Shown: positions 45,997 through 59,800, numbered from the whole stretch's first letter. The stretch: DNA of 61,168 nucleotides, filler included, from Basidiobolus ranarum (GCA_040143965.1; 16 parts of 16 records of this genome joined end to end with filler, not necessarily neighbours in it); one strand, 5' to 3'. Numbers and translations are program-made. The notes: generated from the sequence alone by a model not told the origin.

Positions 45997-47815
45997 CTAC
46001 GCACATCTCTTCAGAAGGTACATCGAAAATTCGTGACAAGAAGGAAGTCAAGATGAGTTCTGTGTCTGAAGTTGGCTTCTTATATTTTAAAGCCTTTCTT
46101 ACTTGGATAATTTTCTCGACGCTCTTCAAGCACTCGTTGAATTACCCTTTTTCATATCGTTGACGTAGTTTCCCTCTTGATAACTTGCCTAACGAATTTT
46201 TTGTCAGGATGCTTTTAGAGAGTGGTGATACTACATGAGGAGCTTGAGAGCAATATAGGATGATCTTTTGCTGGATACTGGAATGAGTTCGAAGAAGAGC
46301 TTCTTCATCAGATAAAGGAAATGAAGGTAGATAGAAAACGGCGATTTGTTCCGTTTGGGAGCCCTTTGGTCGGATGGGACAAACTGCGACAAATGTGGGG
46401 ACAATCCCATGTATGCTTTGTAGTGCAGCCTCGAGTTCGTTACTGTAATAATTTACTCCACGAAGAATAATGCTATCTTTAGTTCTCCCAACAAGCTCTA
46501 GTGCCCCATTGGTTATGTTGGCCGTATCTCCTGTTCTAAACCAACCATCCTTAGTGAAGGCTTGCTCATTTGCCTCGGGATTATTGTAGTATCCTTTGAA
46601 AAGCTGAGGACATGATATTTCTAAATTACCGCAAGATCCAGCTGGTAAGATTTGATCGTTTTCATCAACAATTCTTAAGTATATTTCATTAGAAGGGTGA
46701 CCCAATGTGCCAAACTCCTTTCCAGCATCATTAAATGGAAATTGTTTGTTATAGATACAGCCGGCACAAGTCTCTGTCATTCCAAATCCAGGTGCAATGA
46801 TTCCAGTAAACTCCGACCTTGCTTCTTCTAATGTGAGTAGGAGCTGATCCCCTAGCTCCACCAAATTGGCCTCTCCTCCAGAGTTTATACGTTTCAGTTT
46901 GGAGAGGTTATAAAGAGGTAAACGCGGGGAAGGAGTCTGAAGCTTGGTCCTTAGATCTTTCTCGATATTGGCTAACAGAAAGTTTGGAGCAAAGGTAAAG
47001 GCTACTTCGAATACTTCAGCAATCTCTAACAGTGCCAATGGCTCTAGCGTGATCACTGACGCCGCTACTTGAACTTGATTTGCGCCAGCTACAATTGGTG
47101 TGATGTGATTCTCAATTAGGCCAGCAACGTGATCGCATCCAACCCAGTTCAATACGGTGTCAGTAGATTCGAGCTGATAGTCGTCAACCTTAAATTTGGT
47201 CGCAATAAGAACATTTGCATGGGTATGCTCAACTGCTTTTGAGTTTCCTGTAGAGCCGGAGGTAAGTAGTAGGACGGCCACCTCATCTAAAGTATTTTGG
47301 TTGTTGAGGTCTAGTGAGAGCGAAGTTTCAAGTTCATTCAAGTCAATATTCGCCTCAAGGTTGTTTTGAGCATTGAAGTTGTCAATGGGCTGAATATGCA
47401 GATCGGGGTTGAAAGAGTTAAGTTCGGATTGATCTTTTTGTCGGCAAAGAAAAATAGGTTTGTCGAGCAAAGAGTGAAGATGAGAGAGCTCCATTTCCTT
47501 CTTCTCGTTATCACCTTTTAAAGTACCAAGAACACATGGTAAAAAGCCAGCAGCTAGAGCACCCCAAAAATGATCGATTGTGTCTTGATGATTGTCAAAA
47601 TACAATACAACTGTTTGACGAGTGGTATTTTGTGTGAGTCCATGCAACTCCTTGCCAATACTATATGCCCGGGTCAGAAGACTGGAATAACTGGAGAAAG
47701 ATGGGTTTGCAATATCCTCAAGATTGTTGATGTAGTATAAACCACGATTAGGATGATTCTTGGCTGTGTCAACGAGAACTTGAAGTAAATTCATACTGCT
47801 TCTTGATTGAGACAT
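45997..47815 (-). CDS. NRPS-like enzyme of the aryl-pyruvate-dimerising (quinone/furanone synthetase, A-T-TE) type; intronless; in-frame TAA at 46144-46142; 3'-truncated
   Basis: LLTSGSTGNSKAV (A3), LNWVGCDHVAGLIENH, FAPNF, INSGGEAN, PGFGMTETCAGCIYN, GWFRTGD, VGRTKD, KNSLGKLSR (A10). The frame resumes into a T-domain start (PTSDTELILTSFLSRIFDV). Confidence 0.88.
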
Positions 47816-49328
47816 GTATAATTAACTAACATTGTCAAGGTTAGCGGAATTTCAAAGTTGTCAGTATGCAAGAATGATATAGGTTCTTACCAATTTGGTA
47901 TGTGTTTGTTACTTCTAATTAATGTTGGCAGATGGCTAGGCGTGTCAAAGGGTAGCAGATGGTCTACATTGGTCACCACTACAGGACTTATATAGGTATT
48001 CTACATCCATTCACGCCTTTACCAGTGTCTTACTCATCTACTGTATTATCACACAACCATCCAGTCACTACAAGTGCATTGTTCTAATGAATTATTTTAC
48101 AACGAAGTCCAACGAGATCACTTTGAGTGTGAATCCTGTCTCATTTTCGCACGATGCCATTCTTTCTGTAGGGCGTTCTCAGGATTGCATGCACTATCGA
48201 TATTCATGCAAATATTGAGTAGTCCATTCCGAGATTTACACTCAGCTAATCAAATTGACCCAAGCACGATCGTTTGCTAATGAAGCTGATCCTAGGCCGA
48301 TCATTCACCAAGTCCCACGACTCAGATTCGGTTTAGTCTTACATGATTGGTCGGGTAGCTACCATGGTTATTAGGTCAAACCCAATAGTAAGGAATTTTC
48401 ACTAATGGCAGTAACAACAAAATAACGACAAAATAACACCTCACGCTTATCTTGATTATCGTGCGAAAGTGACCTATTTGTCACAATAGAATCGGAATCA
48501 AACTTCTTACCCAAGCTTTAATAAAGTCACATTGTCAAGCAACTAATTACTCATATAGCACCAGTCACTTTCTCAGTTGATCCCAGTAATTGGTAGTAAA
48601 GACATGTAGATTAAATATCCTATCTATTTAAAAAGTTTGTTTATAGTTCTCATGAATCATTTTACAACAACATCCAATGAGACCACTCTGAGTGTGAGTT
48701 CTGACTTACTTTCACACCACTTCAGTTTTTCTGCGAGATATTTGAGTATTCTTCATTGTAAATGTTGAGTAAAGCAAGGTTTCATAACTCCGCCAAGATT
48801 AACTAGAGGCTAGTGACAATACCAATATAACAAAGTCCATTTACTAAATGACAATGGATAAAATGCCAGGAGTTAAGGGTATGTTGTGCATGCTAATGGA
48901 TACAGAGTCTACAAAATGGCATAGCTTACTGGCAAATGACTAATGCTTGATGCTAAAATATAATCAATCTGGAGAATGCAAAGTGATAGATTTCCTGAAG
49001 AATGGCTAGAGGGTTATGCTAAGAAACAATGAGGATGTTTAGTACTTTAATCAACCCGGAATCTATGGAGTATGGGCACTTACTAACAATCAGTAAGTGA
49101 TAAAGTGCTAATAAACAATGGGTATATGTAGCACCTTAGTTCAATCATAATCTATGAAAACTACTGAAAATCACAAGGAGTATAGTGCCAATAAATAACT
49201 GGTATAAGCAATAGATCAACAAAGTGCCATAAAAAAAAGTACTGACATTCTAGTTGAGACAAAATTTAGAAAGTGAAAACACCTATTGGAAACCAACAAG
49301 TGATAAAATGGCAAGAAGCACTGCATGT

Positions 49329-49718
49329 TGTTGGAGGATCTTGACATAATGGGGGTAGACTTTGTGTATTAGAGGCAACTTATCATAGTGTGTTTTAGTT
49401 ACTTCATTATTAAGAGTATATGGTGACTTATATAGTAGAAAAGTAAATCAATTATTTGAGATATTCCTATTTAGAATATAGAGGCTATAGATATGTTGCT
49501 TTCTGTTTCTGATATATGTATCATAACTAAAGTTAACTAGTATGTTGAATAAAGATTAATTATCCAACACCTTCCCTTAATTTTTATTCAGCATTGTGCA
49601 TATATTGACTAATGCCTATTCCTGCTCTTAACTTCTCAAAGCTTGAAGTTTTGAGTGGTTTTGTTAGTATATCTGCAAGCATGTTTTCAGTATTACAATA
49701 AATAAAGTTCACTTCTTT
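49329..49718 (-). mobile_element. Copia family B 3' end: RNase H C-terminus, PPT (49578-49570), 3' LTR (49569-49329, 241 bp)
   Basis: Minus strand KEVNFIYCNTENMLADILTKPL; AAGGGAAGG; LTR bounded by TGTTGGA/TCCAACA. Confidence 0.9.
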
Positions 49719-49818
49719 NNNNNNNNNNNNNNNNNNNNNNNNNNNNNNNNNNNNNNNNNNNNTTAATTAATTAANNNNNNNNNNNNNNNNNNNNNNNNNN
49801 NNNNNNNNNNNNNNNNNN

Positions 49819-52800
49819 TGTACATTGTTGGTCTCCTCGTACGATCCCAAGACAAAGAAGATCACTCACACCTCCACTAACGCTTGTCTTGCTCCGCTCT
49901 GTGCTATGGATGGAAAGCATGTGATCACCATTGAAGGAATCGGAAACACCAAGAACCCACATCCCATTCAAGAGAGAATTGATCTCGCTCATGGTTCACA
50001 GTGTGGTTTCTGTACCCCAGGAATTGCGATGTCACTCTATGCTCTGTTGAGAAACAATCCGAATCCTACCGAGCATGATATCGAAGAGGCTTTCGACGGA
50101 AATCTCTGTCGTTGCACAGGCTACAGACCGATCTTGGATGCAGCCAAGACCTTTGCCACTCCAGCTGGTGGTTGTTGTGGAGGAGATAAGGCTGCAGGGG
50201 GTTGTTGTCAAGATCAGAAAGTGGAGGTGAAGGTGGAGAAACCTCAGATCAGAGGATGTGGAAAAGAAGGAGGTTGTTGTCAGGATAAGCAAGAGTATGA
50301 TGATAAGCTGAATTTCGCCGTCGATACCACCAAGTTTGAGAAAGTCAAAGTCAAAAAGTACGATCCTTCCCAGGAACTCATCTTCCCACCAGGTCTGATC
50401 AAGTATGCTCACAGTGAGAGGGAGAGCGTGGATGGAGGTAAGAGTGGATTGAAGCCATTGGCATTCTCCAACAACAGGTACAAATGGTATCGTCCACTTG
50501 AGCTTGAGGAACTTTTGCAGCTCAAGGCCGAATACCCAGATGCAAAGATCATTGCTGGCAACTCTGAGGTTGGAATTGAAATCAAATTCAAGCAGATCTA
50601 CTACCCAGTGATGATCTATGTTAGCGATATCGAGGAGCTCAAGAAGGTTGAGTACAGTGAGGAGGGAATCACGTTCGGAGCCAACATTACACTTTCGAAC
50701 TTTGAGCGGGTGCTGAAGGGGGCGGTAGAGAAGTATGAGCCAAGTAAAACTGAGAACTTCAAATCGTATCTCAGCAACCTTCGATGGTTTGCTGGACGTC
50801 AGATTCGAAATGTGGGTACTATTGGTGGTAACATTGTTACCGCATCGCCCATCTCAGATTTGAACCCAGTGTTTGTCTCCTCCCGTGCCATCATGATTGT
50901 TGGATCTAAGGAAGGTGGCTTACGTTCCATAAAAATGACCGAGTTCTTCCTCGGCTACCGCAAGACCGCACTTCGTCCCGGAGAGGTGGTCGTCTCATTG
51001 TTCGTACCTTTTACCAAGGAACATGAATACTCACAGTCATTCAAACAAGCCAAAAGAAAGGATGACGATATCGCCATCGCCAATGGAGGTCTTCGCGTCA
51101 AGTTCGAGAAGAGCGGAGAGAAGCTCCTTGTCAAAGATGTAGTACTTGCTTTCGGAGGTATGGGACCCACCACACTCCAAGCCAAATCAGCCATGGAGTT
51201 TCTTGTTGGGAAGGAGTGGGGTTATCGCGAGGACTTCTTGGAGGTTGTCAAGAGACTCGACTATGATCTTCCCATTCAGTTCTCATCACCCGGAGGCATG
51301 GCGGAGTATCGTAAAGCACTTGCAGCCAGTTTCTTCTACAAGTTCTGGTGCAACGTCTCCAACAGGCTCGGCCTTGACGTTGAGGAAGCCAAGTTTGCAG
51401 AAGAAGTGGAGGATATTGAGAGAGCTGTCTCTCAAGCCTCCCAGTCGATGCCAGTACGCCCCGAGAGTATTGTAGGCAAGGGCGTGGCACACCTGAGCGC
51501 CCTGAAACAAGTCACCGGTGAGGCGATCTACGTGGATGACATGCCATCATATGGTGGAGAACTCTACGGAGCCTTGGTGACTTCGAAGAGAGCACACGCT
51601 AAGATCTTGAGTGTTGATGCCACTGCAGCATTGGAGTCTGATGGGGCTGTGGCTTTCTATTCAGCCAAGGATGTCCCCGGATCGAACACCTGGGGTCCCG
51701 TGTTCCAAGATGAAGAGATCTTCGCTACCACCGAGGTATTCTTCTTGGGTCAGATTATTGGCATCGTAGTGGGCAAGACCCAAGACCAAGCCCAAGCGGC
51801 AGCCAGAATGGTGAATATCGAGTACGAAGAGCTTCCCCATATTCTCACCATTGAAGAGGCCATTGAGAAGGAGTCCTATGTTCCAGCACCACGTGAGATC
51901 ATCCGGGGTGATGTGGATGAAGCATTCAAGAACTGCGACTTTGTCTTCGAGGGTGAAACCAAGATCGGAGGTCAGGAACACTTTTACCTCGAAACCAACG
52001 CTTGTATTGTCGTTCCTAAGGAAGGAGATGAGATGGAGATCTTCAGTAGTACCCAGAATCCAACTGAGTCACAGCACGTGGTTGCCAAGGCACTCGGGTG
52101 CTCCGACAGCAGAGTGATCATTCGTACCAAGCGTCTTGGCGGTGGCTTCGGTGGTAAAGAGAGTAGAACGGTGATGCTTACGGCTCCTTTGGCTGTGGCA
52201 GCTCATCACCTTCGCAAGCCCATCCGAATCATGCTTGACCGTGACGAAGATATGCTGATTTCGGGCCAGAGACACCCGTTCCTTGGAAGATGGAAGGTAG
52301 GAGTGAATAAGGATGGTAAACTACAAGCTCTGGATGTTCGAGTGTACGCTAATGCCGGTTGGTCTGCTGACTTGACCATGGCAGTTGTGGAGCGTGCCAT
52401 GTCGCACAGTGACAATTGTTACTGGATACCGAATGTCCGTACAGTTGGCAAAGCTTGCATCACCAACATTCACTCGAATACAGCCTATCGTGGATTTGGT
52501 GGGCCACAGGGTATGATCATTTGCGAGAACTGGGTGCATGAGGTTGCTGATCATCTTAACATCCCAGTGGAGAAATTCCGCGAGATCAATATGTACAAGG
52601 AGGGTCAGATCACCCACTTCAACCAGAAGCTTACCGACTGGCATATCCCCATGATGTGGGATAAGATCAAGGAGAGTTCCAACTACGACACCAGACGTCG
52701 TGCGGTTGATGAGTTCAATCAGGCACACACATTCAAGAAGAGAGGACTTGCCATCATTCCGACCAAGTTCGGTATTTCGTTCACCGCCAAGCATCTCAAC

Positions 52801-53539
52801 CAAGCAGGTGCTCTGGTCCATGTCTACACCGATGGCTCTGTTCTTCTTACCCACGGAGGTATTGAGATGGGCCAAGGTATTCATACAAAGATGGCACAAA
52901 TCGCAGCTGAGACCTTGAATGTTCCACTCGATAGAGTGTATGTTAATGAGACGGCAACTAACACTGTTGCTAACAGTAGTCCCACAGCTGCATCTGCTGG
53001 CTCCGACTTGAATGGTCAAGCAGTGAAGGCTGCATGTGAACAAATTGCGGAGAGGTTAAAGCCTTACCGTGAGAGAATGCCCGAGGCCAACATCGCCGAA
53101 CTTGCCAAAGCAGCCTACTTTGACCGAGTCAATCTCTCGGCCAATGGGTACTACAAGACACCTGATATCGGGTATGTTTGGGGAAAGAACGAGGGCATGA
53201 TGTTCTTCTACTTTACCCTTGGTGTGGCTGTCTCTGAGGTAGAGATTGATGTGCTCACCGGTGATCACACCATCATTAGCACCGACATTCTCATGGATGT
53301 TGGTAAATCGCTTAACTACTCCATTGATCTTGGTCAAGTAGAGGGTGCTTGGTTACAAGGAGCCGGGTGGTCAACTATGGAGGAGACTCTCTTCTTCCCC
53401 AATGGTATGCTATTCACACGAGGCCCAGGTACGTACAAGATCCCAGGCTTCCGTGATATCCCCCAGAGCTTCCGAGTGGATTTGTTGGATGGGGTCGAGT
53501 ACAATCAGCTCAAGACCATTCATGGCAGTAAAGGCATCG
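49819..53539 (+). CDS. XDH: Xanthine dehydrogenase (2Fe-2S, FAD and molybdopterin domains), truncated at both ends, no intron in this span
   Basis: GSQCGFCTPG, GNLCRCTGYRPI, FAGRQIRNVGTIGGNI, GGQEHFYLET, RLGGGFGGKES, TAYRGFGGPQ, HGGIEMGQG, SPTAASAGSD, GQVEGA. Confidence 0.97.
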
Positions 53540-53639
53540 NNNNNNNNNNNNNNNNNNNNNNNNNNNNNNNNNNNNNNNNNNNNTTAATTAATTAANNNNN
53601 NNNNNNNNNNNNNNNNNNNNNNNNNNNNNNNNNNNNNNN

Positions 53640-54213
53640 GATTGGTATGGTGATTCATGCATCCCAGCAACTCTCGGGTATCAATGGTGTTAGTTTCTAT
53701 TCTACTTCTATCTTAACCGAGGCCACAGGTGCCGATACCGCATCCGGAATCACAGTGGGCATTTCCGCACTCAACTTCGTGATCAACTGTATCATCTCTT
53801 TCATTGTTGATCGTTTTGGTAGAAGACCGCTTTTGATGACTAGTTCAGCTGGTATGGGCTTATTTGCCTTGCTTCTTGTCATAGGAGATGCCACTCATGT
53901 GAATGCCCTCAAAGTGCTCTCGGTGATCTGCTTCGCGGCTTCATTCAATATTGGCTTAGGGTGTGTTCCATTTATGATTACCCCGGAGATGGTTCCGACC
54001 TGGGCTGCAGGTGTGGTCGTTTCAGCGGCGACTACTGTGAACTGGATCTGTAACTTCATCATTGGGTTTATTTTCCCCAGCTTAATTAACGCCATGGGTT
54101 CGAAAGTGTTTATCATCTTTACAGTACTGAACTTTGTGTTCCTGATCTTCGATTACTTCTTTGTTCCGGAGACCAAGGGAAGAAGTGTAGATGATATCGC
54201 GAAGAATTATTAA
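53640..54213 (+). CDS. MFS sugar porter (GLUT-like), C-terminal half (5'-truncated)
   Basis: QQLSGINGVSFYS, VDRFGRRPLL, GLGCVPF..TPE, NWICNFIIG, VPETKGRS. Confidence 0.92.
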
Positions 54214-57153
54214 AGGGTATTAGATCAGACCAGGTTCAACTCTCCCTCACGCCGTTCCATCGCTTCATCGGTTACTCGTGTGACACCAAATACGCAGTCT
54301 GCCTTTATCACTTGAAAAACTACTCGAATATTCCCAATTTTGGACTCCAATACATCATTTTTCCCATTTTAAATCTATCCCATGATGTCACTTATTATTA
54401 TAACTTACCCTCTCATTCACCCCTATCCCTACAAGCACAACCACTGCCATTGTTATGATTTATTCCACAAGGTTCTTCACTAAATGTTTATATGGTTCGT
54501 GAGATAGATGATCATAACTGATCCCCACCTGCTTTACTATCTCCCCAGACTCTATCCCTACTACCACAAGATTATCAACATCTTTGATGGGTCAGGGTTT
54601 ACGCCATTAACAAATATTCATCCAAATATATATCGGTATCATTCTAAAATTTCCCCGTCTCTCATGTGATTGTAATGTTGTCAATGAAGAGTAAAAATGA
54701 CATGATATTCAATGCTAGTGAGGATCGAACCTGATAACACTGAATGCAAATCTTTTCCCATTCCTTATAAGTTAAAATTTTGGAAAAGATTAATGCTATA
54801 GTAAATAAAGGATTGATTTCACCTGCGTAAATGGGATCCCACAATATCATGATAACATAGTTATGCAAATTCATGCCAATAAAATTAGGGAGTTATTACC
54901 AAGGAGCACTCTCTATCTGGATTCATTCCCCCTGATCATCTCCCGCAATGCTTAAGATGATGATGAAAATTTTTGGTCATCAGTATATTTACTTTAGATC
55001 ACCTTTTGCTTTCATTGAGAAAATTGCTTTTAAATAATCTTAAACAGTGCTGCATAAGTAACTACTAGTCCCTCTAAGAATATAATATATGAAACTGGAT
55101 CACCACTAGAGTTAGTTGATATTCTGAAATGATGAGTGATGTCCAGCCAAACTATTGGTTACCATATGAAGGAACAGAAGATGTACTAAAAAACTCAAGA
55201 TTCTGACTATATGAACCTTACTACATATGTTGTTTAGCATGTTTGATACTTACCAGCCAAATAGTTTACTGTGAACAAGTTGATAGCTTAGAGCTTGGCA
55301 TCCAAATTTTCATCTCATATATATCCACTGAACATTAAATGAGGCCAAATTGTGACCACTTTAGGCACATCTTCATAATGTGTTAGAGACTCTATATGGC
55401 TTCTGCAATACTGGGAGTAATATATAAATAGATATTGCTTAATACCAAATAAGTGATTCAAAGTACATATCCCTCACAAAGTTTTACTCTTGAAAATATT
55501 TTCAACTTTTGCAGGGGACTATTAAATATTACAAGATGCATTAATGACATCAAAGTAAAGTATATGTTAGTGGTATTGCTCTGGGCAGCATGAACTTCCA
55601 AGCTTCCCTTCCTTAATAAATTGGAAATATCTGCAATGTATACATATGCCACCATTTTGTACCAACAAATATTTGACCAACGACATCACACTAATATGAT
55701 ACCCTATATGAAGCAGCTATATATAAAGCATTGCAAAATAATGTAAAGTAATTACATAGTTGAATACCTAAGAAACATGTTGCACTGCTCATATACCTCA
55801 TCTCCATTACTTTTGTATATATGTAATTGAAACCAATAAGACCTCAAGCTAAATCAACACAAATACACAAAACCTGCTGTTTCAAGTTAGCAGCATATTC
55901 TCATACAGAATGAGATTGTGATTTTCATTGAGACATGTACTTAACTAAAAGGCTCTTTCTGCTTTACTTATACTTTCATAGCTAACAGAATAGTTGTTTC
56001 AAGAAATTAGATCAATATATGAATCCATTTTGGACCATAATTGGTATATGGGATTAATATTATTTTCAGTCATAGAACCAGTGATGTGATAGCATAGATG
56101 ATGTGTTTGAATCCAGATGACCAAGAACTTAAGTTCACTCATGATGAGAGAAGATTATAAAAATCACAGTACTATGACAGATATAAATAAACAGATACAT
56201 AGATCAGCTGTTAGTACATGTAAACCATTGATTATTCAATATGACAAAAAGTTGCAAGGCAGGATAACTAATAGGAGAATTGAGTATTCAATGACTCAAT
56301 AATGCAGTTCAATTACTCTTAAACCAATTAAGTATCTAGACAAGGTGCCAATACACAACAATAGTTAAGCAACATTATATGTTGATAGGTAGCAAAACAA
56401 AACTTGAAAAACAAGTTTTAGCCTTTATAGCATTACTACTTAAATTACAAGGAAGCAGTTATGTTTGATCTCATTGTTTTAGCCATTTTCTCTGGTGAGC
56501 ATTTGAACATGGTTAACTATTTTTGATCACACCATTGCAAATAATGATTGAAGTCTAGAAGCTACAAGCAAGTAGTATTAATCTAATCTGCTGTGTACTG
56601 CTTATATCTAATAGGGAGACTATTGCACAGTAAATATATATTGATGTCATTTTGTAAGAGAAAAAGTAACAATACTTTTCATAGTGATCTGACTGTTATA
56701 GGTTGTAAGAATAGCAGTGTTATGCTATATAATGGTAGTAAGTAGGTTTACTAGGCTGCTAGTGTTATTGTCTGTTGGTGCTAGTAGATACTATCCATGG
56801 GAATAAAAACTAGATTGAGAATGTGATAATCCTTAAAGCATGCTAGGCAGGTAGTGAGAAATAAGTATTCATTTGGAGATACCAAGATGTGTTGAGATCC
56901 TATATTTTTTGAGACATACACTAAGCCAAAACATTCAGATAGCTTGATTAAAATTTTCATAGCTATGAGAATTAGTCAGTTCCTGGATAATATATTTCTA
57001 ATTTTGATAAAAGAGATAAACAATTGGATAGATATTTAGATAAGTAAGTTATGCATTGGCTGAAGTTGTGTCAGTGAAAGATTATGGGGTAAGATTCTTA
57101 TGACTCATATTGACTTGTAAGTTGGCAGATGCCTCAGCATTCAATACTGATTG

Positions 57154-57355
57154 CCCTAACAGAAATTTGAGGATTGTTATTGTAGGAAAACCATCACAAT
57201 TTTAATCCATTTGGGGTTGACCATTTACTTACCATCATAAAATTTTCAAGTTAGATTTGATTTTAATCAATTTTTTCAGTTTCAGGAGTGAAATTTCAAG
57301 ATCTCGCAAAATAGTTGCAAATGATTGGCTAAAATCTCAGAGAACTATGGATCAA
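57154..57355 (+). mobile_element. CACTA terminus type 2, cut by the contig end
   Basis: CCCTAACAGAAATTTGAGG...ACTATGGATCAA; it ends at the same base as the copy at 60967-61168. Confidence 0.8.
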
Positions 57356-58018
57356 NNNNNNNNNNNNNNNNNNNNNNNNNNNNNNNNNNNNNNNNNNNNT
57401 TAATTAATTAANNNNNNNNNNNNNNNNNNNNNNNNNNNNNNNNNNNNNNNNNNNNTGTCCAGAAATAAAGCATTTAAACATTTTGATGGAAATATAGAAA
57501 ACTAACACTGGGATTGTGCTCAGAACATCTGTGGGAGTGAAATGAGCTATCTTTGGGGCAATTTGGATGAGCTTGAAATTTCTAATATGGAATTGCTAAT
57601 TCTCACATGATTCCCATATATATATAATATATGTACAATTTGCAGTTAAGTGACATTTGACTAAGTAATGTTAACTAACTTATATGTGATATATGAAATA
57701 GTTAGGTGTGTAAAGATAGAGATAACAAATATGATAAAGACAATAAACTTCAACATCTGTAACTCCATTTTATTCTGAACTATATGGAATAGTAAATTGT
57801 TGATGAATTCCCTTTTCTTGACAAAGGCTAGTCATGGCTACATTGCTAAGTTTAGTTCCATTATCACTGCATAGATATTTGAGTTTTCTTCTTATTTGGT
57901 TGTAACCATTGCTTCATATATCTTGAAATAATGCAATACTTCTCCTTTACTTGCAAAAAATATGAAATTATGAAGTGAGACTTATAATCAATATAGATGA
58001 GTAAATAACATTGCTTAC

Positions 58019-58366
58019 TGTTGAAATTAGCTTTGCCTAAACACCTATATAGTCTTATATAGCTTAGTACTTAGTTATCCTATAATTCACTAAGATATTA
58101 TCAATTATTCGCAATTGGAATTTACTTAGAATAATTTTACCAACTTAGAAGTTCTCAGATATATAGATTTTTCAAACTTGTGGTAGAGGTCCCAAACCTT
58201 GCACACAGGTTCCTGAGACCTTTCTTAACACACTCTACATGCTTATTTGCATACATCCTGACAAAACTATAAATGTCCACTTTCTACTCAATAAATCAAC
58301 AAGTGAAAATCACCAATTCTTCTAATTCTCCAAATCACTTAAAACAGGCTCCCAAATACTTTGATA
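58019..58366 (+). mobile_element. Solo LTR-A (348 bp) with a 5-bp TSD CTTAC
   Basis: CTTAC at 58014-58018 and 58367-58371; starts TGTTGAAATTAGC. Confidence 0.92.
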
Positions 58367-58666
58367 CTTACTTGGGGTCAGAGTTTGCATTAGGTCCCAT
58401 AAGTCTCTATGAATAAGATCAAATAAATGCGTGACTCTGCTAGCTCCTTCTTTTGGAAATTGTTTTCTGCTAAGTTTCCCTTGAATACAGCTTTCATATT
58501 TGGTAATACCTGAGGGCTCAAGATCCATTCCAGTACAGAGGCTATATTTTTATAATAGTTCCACACTATTATAGCTTAAATGACCCAAGCATTGATGCCA
58601 AGTCATCAAGTTTCCAGAAGAATTTTTTGCAAAGTTAGAAGCTGTCTCAATGGCCAGTGCAATATC

Positions 58667-59014
58667 TGTTAAAGTATTTGGGACTCTGTTGGAAGTGGTT
58701 TGAAGAATTTGAGAAATTGGTGGTTTTCACTTATTGATTTATTGAGTAGAAAGTAGACATTTATATTTTTGTCATGATGTAAACAAATTAATGTATAAAG
58801 TGTGTTAAATAGGGTCCCAGAAACATGTGTGCAAAGTTTGGGTCTTCTAGCACAAGCTTGAAAAATTGACATAACTGAGAACTTCAAAGTTGGTACAAAT
58901 ATTTAAAGTAAATACTGATTGAGCATAATGGATAATATCTTAGTGAATTATAAGATAACTGGGTACTAAGCTATATAAGACTATATAGGTGTTTAGGCAA
59001 TGCTAATTTCAATG
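58667..59014 (-). mobile_element. Solo LTR-A, reverse
   Basis: TGTTAAAGTATTTGG...AATTTCAATG; flanks ATATC/CCATC (degenerate TSD). Confidence 0.88.
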
Positions 59015-59452
59015 CCATCCAGGTGATATAGATTCCCAATTCTTGTTCAAGTTCCCACTATCAAGTCCTTTGATTTGAATATGGTTGCTTCTCTTTGGCC
59101 AAATTTGATATCATAATATTTCTTTTCAATTGAGCCAATTGAAAATAGGCTTGTTGTAGATGATGGAATATATAAGACATCTTCCATGATTATCATTACA
59201 CTTTTAGTTTACTTATTTGTAAGTCAAGTATCACCTTTCCCATTCCATGTGCAACTAGTATGTTTCTTCAGCAGAGTCATATCCTGACTTGGAGGTTTCC
59301 ATAAGTTCTTAGTGTTCATTTCCTCTTTTTGTGATATTATATACTTCCTTTTTCTTTAAACCATTTCTTCTTTGATCTGCAACAACATGCTATATACCCC
59401 TGTTTTCCACATTTGTAGCATTTCACAGTGCTCCTCTCTGGTTGGCTATTTT

Positions 59453-59800
59453 TGTTAAAGTGTTTGGGAGCCTGTTGGAAGTGGTTTGGAGAATTAGAGG
59501 AATTGGTGGTTTTCACTTATTGATTTATTTAGTAGAAAGTTGACATTTATAGTTTTATCAGGATATAAGCAAACTAATACGTAAAATGTCTTAAGAAAGG
59601 TCTCAGAAACATGTGTGCAAAGCTTGGGGCTTCTAGCACAAGTTAGAAAAATGTATATATCTGAGAACTTCTAAGTTGGTACAAATATTCTAAGCAAATT
59701 CCAATTAAGAACAATTAATAATATCTTAGTGAATTATAAGATAACTAAGTACTAAGCTATATATGACTATATAGGTGCTTAGGCAATGTTAATTTCTATA
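59453..59800 (-). mobile_element. Solo LTR-A, reverse
   Basis: TGTTAAAGTGTTTGG...AATTTCTATA; flanks ATTTT/TTTTT; it separates gag from its zinc knuckle. Confidence 0.88.

Noticed and set aside
38469-46144. Possible TAA reassignment or readthrough, suggested by in-frame TAA codons in the hevein and NRPS-like genes
   Set aside because: TAA is the normal terminator of RPL38, MSH2, the ABC transporter and the MFS gene here, and the two cases replace different residues (Lys and Glu).
48860-49040. Possible cytochrome P450 remnant upstream of the NRPS-like gene (FPEEWL)
   Set aside because: No ExxR or heme-Cys motif is recoverable; too decayed.
50032-53587. Many overlapping ORFs inside XDH, including a 240-aa antisense ORF
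   Set aside because: Codon-bias shadows of a long coding sequence, with no recognisable motifs.
3742-57455. Regularly spaced TTAATTAATTAA palindromes and ORFs ending in X...LIN; apparent gene clusters such as NRPS-like + XDH + MFS + ABC
   Set aside because: These are artificial spacers joining length-sorted, unrelated contigs. No CRISPR-like array or biosynthetic cluster can be inferred across them.
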